Positions 24,720 through 32,191 of a stretch of DNA of 36,686 bases are shown in pieces. Origin of the DNA: Ruminococcus sp. CAG:382 (lineage in GTDB: Bacteria; Bacillota; Clostridia; Oscillospirales; CAG-382). Position numbers and translations under genes: made by a program. The stretch's first letter is position 1. Every line of letters starts with the position of its first letter. Where the stretch lies: NCBI GenBank assembly GCA_000433115.1, contig FR892195.1:2523-39208 (forward strand). The letters run 5' to 3'. Under the pieces are notes generated by a model. It did no database searches. It saw only the letters and a list, made by a program, of their open reading frames with translations, and was not told the DNA's origin.

Positions 24720-25384
24720 TGGTCTCCATCGGTAACGATTGGGATGCTATTCTTGCGGATGAATTCAAAAAGCCGTATTATGCCGAGCTTCGTCGATTTC
24801 TGAAGGCAGAATACGGTTCGCGGGTCATTTACCCGTCGATGTACGATATTTTCAACGCTTTCAGGTACACCGCATACGGCGATGTGAAGGTGGTCCTGCT
24901 CGGTCAGGATCCGTATCACGGCGCGGGACAGGCGCATGGGCTTTGCTTTTCAGTAAAGGACGGTGTTGCGCCTCCTCCGTCGCTCGTCAACATCTTTAAG
25001 GAATTGCATAATGATGTCGGATGTGCCGTGCCGCAAAGCGGATGTCTCACAAAATGGGCGGAGAGGGGAGTCATGCTGTTAAACAGCGTTCTTACCGTCC
25101 GCGAAGGCGCGGCGGGTTCTCACCGCGGAAAGGGTTGGGAAACATTCACCGATTCGGTTATTTCGCGACTCAACGACCGCAAAGTGCCTATTGTGTTCAT
25201 GTTGTGGGGCAATTATGCAAAGAGCAAGATTCCGCTGATCACATCTGACAGGCATCTTGTGCTAACCGCGGCACATCCGAGTCCGCTTTCGGCTTCGTAT
25301 GGCTTTTTCGGATGCAGACATTTTTCAAAAGCAAACGATTTTCTGGTCAGAAACGGTATGACGCCTGTCGATTGGCAGCTCTGA
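24719..25384 (+). CDS. ung: Uracil-DNA glycosylase (family 1)
   Basis: VVLLGQDPYHGAGQAHGLCFSV (water-activating loop), GVMLLNSVLTV, and HPSPLSA (Leu intercalation loop). The start ATG 24719 overlaps the upp stop (TAATG). The ORF track's 24662 start is an out-of-context extension. Confidence 0.93.
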   Translation: MVSIGNDWDAILADEFKKPYYAELRRFLKAEYGSRVIYPSMYDIFNAFRYTAYGDVKVVLLGQDPYHGAGQAHGLCFSVKDGVAPPPSLVNIFKELHNDVGCAVPQSGCLTKWAERGVMLLNSVLTVREGAAGSHRGKGWETFTDSVISRLNDRKVPIVFMLWGNYAKSKIPLITSDRHLVLTAAHPSPLSASYGFFGCRHFSKANDFLVRNGMTPVDWQL

Positions 25385-25651
25385 TTACAGCCTGACTGCT
25401 TTGGCGAGTCGCCTCTTTAATTTATTTTCAGCAATTTCAGGAGAATTTCAGTAAAAACCATTTGCGTTGCTGCTTGTTGCAGCAATCCTCAATATTACGA
25501 AATGCTTCTCAAGCTTCAGGAATACCGAAAGCGCAGTATGAGTACAGGTAACGGTTAATATGATACGTCTTGATATTTGACATAGTGTACAAAAATACGG
25601 TGCCGGGTTTGTTGAATATGAATAAATATCCGTGCGTTTGACAGAAAGAGG

Positions 25652-25680
25652 TTGACAGACGACAGAACGAGTGATATAAT
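25652..25680 (+). promoter_or_regulatory. Consensus sigma-A promoter (TTGACA-17 nt-TGaTATAAT) for the lipoprotein pair
   Basis: TTGACA at 25652..25657 and TATAAT at 25675..25680, with TG at 25672..25673. The ORF track's TTG start at 25652 is this -35 hexamer. Confidence 0.75.
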
Positions 25681-25717
25681 CGTATCGTTACAAAAACACT
25701 TTTTTAGGAGGATTATA

Positions 25718-27256
25718 ATGAAAAAGCTTTATGCTTTGTTGCTTGTTGTGGTTATGCTCGCCGCATCTCTTGTGGCATGTAACGACAACAACACAAATTC
25801 GGAGCCCACTGACCAGTCAAAGGGCAATGAGTCGACTGCATCAGTCGGCGAAGCAAGCGAGGCTGTCAGCGAACCCGAAAATGCCGGTTGCTGGCTCCCC
25901 GAAAAAACATGGAATACAACCCTTACATGGGCTACCGCGTACAACGAGGAAGATTCCACTTCCGACGTTCGTTACTATGAAATCTGGTGCGAAGAGGATC
26001 TCGGCGATATTGTAAGCCAGGCTGTCGTCGAGCGTTCGCGTTGGCTCGAATCAGAGTATGGCATTTCGATTGAAATGGTTTATAATCCGAAGGACGGCGT
26101 AGTTTCCTATGCCGAGCTTTGCGCCGAGAGCGATATGCCTCTCGATGTTATCACGGGCGCTGCTCATGCGATAGCTCCTACCTTGGAAAAAGGTTATTTC
26201 TATGATTTCAAGGAAATCAATGCACAGTACAATGACGGCAAGGGCTGGCTCAGACTCAATGAGAATTACTGGGATCAGAACTCCATGCGCGATTATTCTT
26301 TTGCAAACAGAGTTTTCATGCTGACCGGCGATATCTGCCTTTATGACGATGAAACCACTTGGGCAATGTTCTTCAACAAGGGAATGGCACAGGAATACGG
26401 CATTGAAAGCCCCTATAAGACCGTTAAGGACGGCAATTGGACCATTGATCTGCTTCACGAATACTGCAAGCAGGTTACCATGGCTACCGGCGATAAGCTT
26501 ACATGGGTTGCCGAGGATCATAACAAGTGGGGCATGGTCACTCAGTCGTTTGACTGCATTATGTTCATGATGGGTTGCGGTCAAAGCATGGTTGCAAAGG
26601 ATACCAACGATCTTCCTTATCTCCGCATTGATGAACAGAGAAACATTGACGTCGCTCAGAAGGTCGTTTCCATGCTTATCGACGAAAACTTTGTCGGCTT
26701 CGCAGACTTCTACGGTGCTTGGAACTCCGGTGTTTACGATGTTGAAACGCAGATGTTCGCAAACGGCGATGCTCTTTTCATGCCTCATAGCATGACAATG
26801 CTCAACAGCCAGAAAATCAAGGAGTCTGAAGTTGATATCGGCGTTATCCCCATGCCCAAAGCAGATGAGATCCAGGAAGACTATTCTTCCTCCTCCAATG
26901 TTTACGGTCTTCAGATGGTAGCTGTTCCGATCACCAATACCGCTAACCTCGAAGCTACTCTTTATGCTCTCGAGGCTATGGCTTGGTACGGTCAGCAGTA
27001 CGTTACTCCTCAGTACTATGAGAAGGTCCTCAAGCTCCAGAAATTCCGTGATGAGGACGCCGAAGAAATGCTCGATCTGATCTTCAAGAACAGAACCTAT
27101 GATATGGCTATCGCCTACAACTTCTCTGATATGATTCAGTTTTACAATAAACTGCTCGGCGGTAGAACGACCGACATCGTTTCCAAGTTCGATGCAAGTC
27201 GTCAAGCATATCAGGAAGCAATTGATAACGCGATCGCAACATTCACACAGCAGTAA
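25718..27256 (+). CDS. Extracellular solute-binding-protein-like lipoprotein (large ABC SBP family), with no adjacent permease or ATPase genes
   Basis: AGGAGG lies 7 nt before ATG 25718. The lipoprotein signal is MKKLYALLLVVVMLAASLVAC, followed by a Ser/Glu-rich linker. The size, the W/Y-rich pattern and the C-terminal YYEKVLKLQKFRDEDAEEMLDLIF resemble the roughly 500-aa sugar SBP family. Confidence 0.65.
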   Translation: MKKLYALLLVVVMLAASLVACNDNNTNSEPTDQSKGNESTASVGEASEAVSEPENAGCWLPEKTWNTTLTWATAYNEEDSTSDVRYYEIWCEEDLGDIVSQAVVERSRWLESEYGISIEMVYNPKDGVVSYAELCAESDMPLDVITGAAHAIAPTLEKGYFYDFKEINAQYNDGKGWLRLNENYWDQNSMRDYSFANRVFMLTGDICLYDDETTWAMFFNKGMAQEYGIESPYKTVKDGNWTIDLLHEYCKQVTMATGDKLTWVAEDHNKWGMVTQSFDCIMFMMGCGQSMVAKDTNDLPYLRIDEQRNIDVAQKVVSMLIDENFVGFADFYGAWNSGVYDVETQMFANGDALFMPHSMTMLNSQKIKESEVDIGVIPMPKADEIQEDYSSSSNVYGLQMVAVPITNTANLEATLYALEAMAWYGQQYVTPQYYEKVLKLQKFRDEDAEEMLDLIFKNRTYDMAIAYNFSDMIQFYNKLLGGRTTDIVSKFDASRQAYQEAIDNAIATFTQQ

Positions 27257-27266
27257 TTGTTCGCAA

Positions 27267-27293
27267 AACGCCGCGACACAAAGTCGCGGCGTT
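27267..27293 (+). terminator. Intercistronic GC-rich hairpin (partial terminator or transcript stabiliser) after the SBP-like gene
   Basis: An 11-bp perfect stem, AACGCCGCGAC/GTCGCGGCGTT, with loop ACAAA. It is followed only by CTTTG, so the U-tract is weak. Confidence 0.55.
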
Positions 27294-27319
27294 CTTTGAT
27301 ATGATTCGGAGAAAAACAT

Positions 27320-29971
27320 ATGAAAAAAAATATTTGCCTTATTCTCTGCCTGATGATGCTGATTTCGGTATTTGCATCCTGCAATGATGCGCAGACGAAC
27401 GAAAGCTCGGATGCGTCTGACAATTCTAACAGCGACACCGTTTCGTCGGAGACTTCGAGCGATGATATTGTCTACAACGGCGGTGAGGATATTGAAAAGC
27501 TCTTTACGACAGTGTTGCCGGCAGACAGGGAATATATAAACGTCGCAAAGAACGCAAAATACACATTCAGCCGTGAACCGTCTGATAAGTATCCGGATTC
27601 GGGCAACCTACTCACCGATTCCGTGCGCGGCTCGTTGGAGAGTGTTTCGGGATTTGTCGGTTTCATCGGTAAAAAGCCTATTGAAATCACTCTTGATCTC
27701 GGTCGGAAAATTGACGGCATCTGCGGCTTTTCGATCGATAATATCATCGATACCGAATATGGTCGCGGCACTCCCAGAAGCGCAGCATTCTATGTTTCGG
27801 ACGATGGCGAAAATTATGTTAAAGCTGCTTCAAGTGCGGTTTACACACTGATGACCGGCGGCGGAAGACGTATTTACAAGATTGAAGTCTATACCGAAAA
27901 GGGGTTTTCGGCACGTTATGTCAGGCTTGTTCTCGATGATATACTCATCAACTGGACGCTGCTTGACGAATTCAAAGTTTATACATGCACGGAAAAGAAG
28001 CCCGAGGAGCCTATACGCGACGAAGAGACGTATTATAGAAACGACGACATGCCCAATGTGACCGAGGAGCTTTACTGGGATTCTTCAGAAAGCGACTTTG
28101 AGGATCAGATTAATCTCATTTCCGGTCTGGGACAGCGCATCTATTCCCACGCTGCGCTCAGCGACGAACTTAAAACAGATTATTTTAATACTCCCGCTTC
28201 AATAACTGCGCTTACCGACGGCAAGCACGGCAAGTATTCATACACCGATCCGTCAAATGCTCACTTTACCGGCGGTGCAGGCAGAGACATAATTTATGAT
28301 CTCGGCAAGCTCTCTACGGTCAATTATGCGACAATTGACTGCATGGTTGCGACGGATGCGGGAATCAATGTTCCCGAAATGGTTATTGTTCAGCTTTCAG
28401 AGGACGGTGTCGAATGGCAGTCTGTCGCTGTTGAGAGAGCTTCATCTTTTGCCGGATATTTTGTCGGAAAAGAAGCCTGGTCAAAGCTTACGGTCACTTT
28501 TAATGCCGAAGCATATAAGGCGCGCTTTGTCAAATTTGCGATCAGCATCAGTACACATTGCTGGATGAGCGAAATTGAAGTTTTCGGTTCCAAGAAGATT
28601 ACCGACAATGCAAAGAAGCTTGAAGGCCCTTCCGCAAGTATCGGCGATGATATGTATGTCAACGCATACCCGTCACTTGACGTTCTCGGCGGCTCCGAAA
28701 ACATTTATCTTGCTTATAACTACAAGGTTGAAAACCGTACTGCGGGTCTCCGAAGCAAGGAACAGTACAAGCCGCTTGTCGGTTATTATGACAAGGACGG
28801 AAATCTGAAGGATTTCTTCTTTGATTCTTATCTTTACCTCCCGTGTTCCACAACCTGCCCGTCAGGCGGTCTGCTCTGGGAATCGGAGTCTCAGCCCTCT
28901 GTCATGAGCGACTGGCTTGATTATGAAGCTGATCTCTGGGCTGACGGCTACAATATTCAGGCGCTCAACGAAGCTGTCGGGGAGGTCAAGGAAGAACTCG
29001 GACAGTCCGATTACAAAGCTTACGTTTATCTTTCCATATTCAATCTTGCGTCGGTCGACAACAAATTCGGCGACATTGACGGCGATGGTGTTGTCGAAAA
29101 CGCGAACAACATAGGGGACCGTATCAAGATCGCACAATGGTGGATTGACAGAAACATTGAAAAGTACAATGCCGCAGGTTTTGAGAATCTCAAGCTCAAC
29201 GGTTTCTATTGGTACGATGAGGGTATCGGTCTCGGTGATGCCGAAAAGCGTCAGATGATCGATTTCATCGTGAATTACGTTCATTCCAAGGGATATTATA
29301 TAATCTGGATCCCGTATTATCAGGCATCCGGTTATTCGTCATGGAAGGACTGCGGCTTCGATTGCGCTAATATGCAGCCGAACTATATGTTCACTGAAGG
29401 CTCGACCGAACAGCGTGTTTATGACAATGCCAAGTTTGCCGCCGCATACGGTATGGGTGTTGAAATCGAGGTTGACGGCAATGTGTTCAGCGGTGACAAT
29501 GACGCATTCACACCGAGCAGATATGACAGGTATCTTTCATATCTCAAGGTCGGTGTCGAAAAGGGATACATGAACAGCATCAAGATGTATTACTGCGATG
29601 CGGTTCCCGGCGTATATCTTACAGCTTACAACAACAGCGATCCTAAATATCACGGAATATATGATATTACTTATCTTTATGCAAAGAGAAAGCTTTCGCT
29701 CGATGACCCGGGTAAGACGTTTGATAACGCGCCTGTGGTCGTCACCGCAAATGAAAAATTCAGCGGAAATCTTGTCTCCGACAATATATACAGTCAGTAT
29801 ACCATCAAATACGGTGCGCGTCACGGATCGTTCGCGCTTACTTCAAACGGCGCTTTCAAGTATACCCCCGATGAAAACTTTGTAGGAGAAGATACTATCG
29901 TGCTGACGTTGAATAATGGTATAGCTGAGGGTGAAGTTACTCTCACCATAAGAGTAGAGCCTGCAAAATAG
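27320..29971 (+). CDS. 883-aa lipoprotein: two F5/8-type-C (discoidin/CBM32-like) domains, a DUF4855-like domain, and a C-terminal cadherin/Ig-like domain
   Basis: The signal is MKKNICLILCLMMLISVFASC. The discoidin-like ends are ARYVRLVLDD..WTLLDEFKVY and ARFVKFAISISTHCWMSEIEVFG. The central region FFFDSYLYLPC...LNGFYWYDEGI...YIIWIPYYQASGY matches my memory of DUF4855. The tail GSFALTSNGAFKYTPDENFVGEDTIVLTLNNG is cadherin-like. Confidence 0.6.
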   Translation: MKKNICLILCLMMLISVFASCNDAQTNESSDASDNSNSDTVSSETSSDDIVYNGGEDIEKLFTTVLPADREYINVAKNAKYTFSREPSDKYPDSGNLLTDSVRGSLESVSGFVGFIGKKPIEITLDLGRKIDGICGFSIDNIIDTEYGRGTPRSAAFYVSDDGENYVKAASSAVYTLMTGGGRRIYKIEVYTEKGFSARYVRLVLDDILINWTLLDEFKVYTCTEKKPEEPIRDEETYYRNDDMPNVTEELYWDSSESDFEDQINLISGLGQRIYSHAALSDELKTDYFNTPASITALTDGKHGKYSYTDPSNAHFTGGAGRDIIYDLGKLSTVNYATIDCMVATDAGINVPEMVIVQLSEDGVEWQSVAVERASSFAGYFVGKEAWSKLTVTFNAEAYKARFVKFAISISTHCWMSEIEVFGSKKITDNAKKLEGPSASIGDDMYVNAYPSLDVLGGSENIYLAYNYKVENRTAGLRSKEQYKPLVGYYDKDGNLKDFFFDSYLYLPCSTTCPSGGLLWESESQPSVMSDWLDYEADLWADGYNIQALNEAVGEVKEELGQSDYKAYVYLSIFNLASVDNKFGDIDGDGVVENANNIGDRIKIAQWWIDRNIEKYNAAGFENLKLNGFYWYDEGIGLGDAEKRQMIDFIVNYVHSKGYYIIWIPYYQASGYSSWKDCGFDCANMQPNYMFTEGSTEQRVYDNAKFAAAYGMGVEIEVDGNVFSGDNDAFTPSRYDRYLSYLKVGVEKGYMNSIKMYYCDAVPGVYLTAYNNSDPKYHGIYDITYLYAKRKLSLDDPGKTFDNAPVVVTANEKFSGNLVSDNIYSQYTIKYGARHGSFALTSNGAFKYTPDENFVGEDTIVLTLNNGIAEGEVTLTIRVEPAK

Positions 29972-29982
29972 GGTTTCGACTT

Positions 29983-30711
29983 ATGGACAGTATCGAAAAG
30001 CTGAAAGATATGATCGCGTCGTCGGAGAACATTGTTTTCTTCGGCGGCGCCGGAGTATCGACAGAGAGCGGCATTCCGGATTTCAGGAGTGCCGACGGTA
30101 TATATAGCCGCGATGCAGTTATTCCGCCGGAACGTATTCTCAGCCATACATTCTTCATCAATCACACCGCAGAATTCTTTGATTTTTACAAGTCAAATAT
30201 GATTTTTCCGGATGCAAAACCGAATGCCGCACATCTCGCGCTTGCATCGCTGGAATCTGACGGAAAGCTCAGGGCTGTGGTAACGCAGAATATTGACGGA
30301 CTTCATCAGGCTGCGGGAAGCAAAAAGGTTTTTGAACTTCACGGCTCGGTACACAGAAACCATTGCATGGAATGCGGCAGATTCTTTGATGCCGCATACA
30401 TTATGAATTCCTACGGAATACCGAAATGCGATGTCTGCGGCGGAGTCGTAAAGCCGGATGTCGTATTGTATGAAGAAGCACTGGATGACAGAGTCTGCGA
30501 CGGTGCCGTCAGAGCAATTGCCGATGCGGATATGCTGATCGTGGGCGGAACATCATTGTCGGTTTATCCTGCGGCGGGATTTGTCAGGTATTATTCCGGC
30601 AGCAGGCTTGTCATCATCAATGCAAGTGCCACCCGATACGATGACCTTGCCGATTTCACAATATCAATGCCTATCGGAAAGGTTCTCGGCAAAGCGGTTT
30701 CGATTTCGTAA
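29983..30711 (+). CDS. cobB: NAD-dependent protein deacylase (Sir2 family)
   Basis: FFGGAGVSTESGIPDFRS, TQNIDGLH, zinc ribbon CMECG...CDVCGG, and VGGTSLSVYPA. Confidence 0.92.
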   Translation: MDSIEKLKDMIASSENIVFFGGAGVSTESGIPDFRSADGIYSRDAVIPPERILSHTFFINHTAEFFDFYKSNMIFPDAKPNAAHLALASLESDGKLRAVVTQNIDGLHQAAGSKKVFELHGSVHRNHCMECGRFFDAAYIMNSYGIPKCDVCGGVVKPDVVLYEEALDDRVCDGAVRAIADADMLIVGGTSLSVYPAAGFVRYYSGSRLVIINASATRYDDLADFTISMPIGKVLGKAVSIS

Positions 30712-30729
30712 AAAGTCACTATTGAAAAA

Positions 30730-30762
30730 CGGACCTGCACATCAAAGTGCAAGTCCGTTTTA
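30730..30762. terminator. Bidirectional intrinsic terminator between the sirtuin gene and nth
   Basis: Stem CGGACCTGCAC(30730..30740)/GTGCAAGTCCG(30747..30757) with one mismatch. An A-run lies upstream and TTTT downstream. Confidence 0.7.
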
Positions 30763-30825
30763 ATTAGCGATTTTTTGATCATGCTGCATATACGGAGGTG
30801 AAGATCGGACGAGAAGGCAGGGAAG

Positions 30826-31479
30826 TCATTGCTTTACCGTACCGTTGCACAATCCCGCTTCGCGGATGAAGCAGGAATCGCATTTCGGAGCGCGTGCCGA
30901 GCATATTTCTCTTCCGAAATGGACCGCACGGTGGCAGAATGCGGATTGTTCGTCTGTCGGAATAAGCGGAGTGAGCGCGTTTTCCACCTTTCGGGGATCT
31001 GTACTGTCGGCAAAACCCAAGCGGTTTGCGATGCGTATCATATGAGTGTCCGCGACGATTCCGCCGAGTCCGAACACATCGCCTCTTATGAGATTTGCAA
31101 TCTTGCGTCCGACACCCGGAAGGGTCAGCAGGGCTTTCATGTCGGAAGGTATTTCACCGCAGAAATCCGATTCCAGCTTTACGCAGCAAGCCTTCATATT
31201 CTTCGCTTTTGCTTTGTAAAGCCCGCAAGGACGAACAACCTGTTCGAGTTCATCAAGGCTGCATTCTGCGAGAGCATGGATATCGTGGTATTTTTCAAAA
31301 AGCGGTACTGAAATAATGTTGACCCGCTTGTCGGTACACTGCGCCGAAAGGATTGCCATCATCAGCAGTCTGTACGCATTGTCGCCCGCTTCAAGTCCGC
31401 ATTTTACATCGGGATATTCTATTTCAAAAAGTCTTGCGACCGTTACAGCACGTTCACGGAGTGTCATATCATTCATCAA
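30826..31479 (-). CDS. nth: Endonuclease III (DNA glycosylase/AP lyase)
   Basis: HhH-GPD LLTLPGVGRKIANL, a catalytic-region DTH, and a C-terminal 4Fe-4S loop with cysteines in CHRAV...CSARAPKCDSCFIREAGLC. Confidence 0.93.
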   Translation of the reverse strand: MMNDMTLRERAVTVARLFEIEYPDVKCGLEAGDNAYRLLMMAILSAQCTDKRVNIISVPLFEKYHDIHALAECSLDELEQVVRPCGLYKAKAKNMKACCVKLESDFCGEIPSDMKALLTLPGVGRKIANLIRGDVFGLGGIVADTHMIRIANRLGFADSTDPRKVENALTPLIPTDEQSAFCHRAVHFGREICSARAPKCDSCFIREAGLCNGTVKQ

Positions 31480-32014
31480 AAATATAGTTTACATCGCCCG
31501 AGAGCAGAGAAAGAACGCCTTTGTATACATTTTCGGCGCGGTCATCAAAGTTCTTTCTGAGCTTATCGGCGTAGTATTTTTCGGTAAGAAATACCTGCAG
31601 GTTCATAAGGACCTTGTCCTTGTCTTCGATTTTGCAGCTGAGCATATATCCGTTCGGAAGTTCTTCAAGATCACTTGAAATCCTGTTTCCGGTTTTATAA
31701 AATGCAAGCAACCGCAGTGCAGAGCGCAGAGCCTTTTCACGTACCGTGGTGAAAAGCTTCATCTGAACATTTGAAACTGCTTCTTCGCCTGCCGGAGTTA
31801 TGACGTATACCGGATGAGAGTCCTCCTTGCGTTTCTGCTCGAGGATCTGACCATTTTCAAGCAGCTCGGCAAAGCAAATGGCAAAATCAAAATAATTGAC
31901 ATAGCCGTCCTGAATAACGATATCGTTTATCATCGAAAATTCGAGCGGCTCTTTTATGTTCTTCAGCAGAAACAATATGAAAATTTTTATTTCAAACTTA
32001 TCTGTCAGCTCCAT
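31469..32014 (-). CDS. DUF4364-family protein (putative winged-helix regulator)
   Basis: The N-terminal KIFILFLLKNIKEPLEFSMINDIVIQDGYVNYFDFAICFAELLENGQI fits the DUF4364 pattern as I remember it. Its stop overlaps the nth start by 11 nt. Confidence 0.6.
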   Translation of the reverse strand: MELTDKFEIKIFILFLLKNIKEPLEFSMINDIVIQDGYVNYFDFAICFAELLENGQILEQKRKEDSHPVYVITPAGEEAVSNVQMKLFTTVREKALRSALRLLAFYKTGNRISSDLEELPNGYMLSCKIEDKDKVLMNLQVFLTEKYYADKLRKNFDDRAENVYKGVLSLLSGDVNYIFDE

Positions 32015-32134
32015 GGCGGATGACTCTCCTGGTTTTTGATAACGACAGCCGCCGAAAAATGCTCGGAAAACGCTTTTTCAGGCGGCTATATATATAATAC
32101 TACATTTTGTTCAAAAAAACAAGACAATTTTTCC

Positions 32135-32163
32135 TTGAAATTATGGTGAGTTGGTTGTATAAT
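32135..32163 (+). promoter_or_regulatory. Sigma-A promoter of the Rnf-like operon (TTGAAA-17 nt-TATAAT)
   Basis: TTGAAA at 32135..32140 and TATAAT at 32158..32163. GGAGGA precedes ATG 32192. Confidence 0.65.
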
Positions 32164-32191
32164 AAGACGATAACGATATCGGAGGACGACT

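Noticed and set aside
25403-25425. An intrinsic terminator after ung (GGCG-agt-CGCC followed by a T-rich tract).
   Set aside because: The stem is only 4 bp, too weak to call a terminator with confidence.
26051-27319. A 422-aa minus-strand ORF.
   Set aside because: It is antisense to the SBP-like lipoprotein gene, which has a promoter, an RBS and a lipobox. I see no motif or RBS for it, so it is a shadow ORF.
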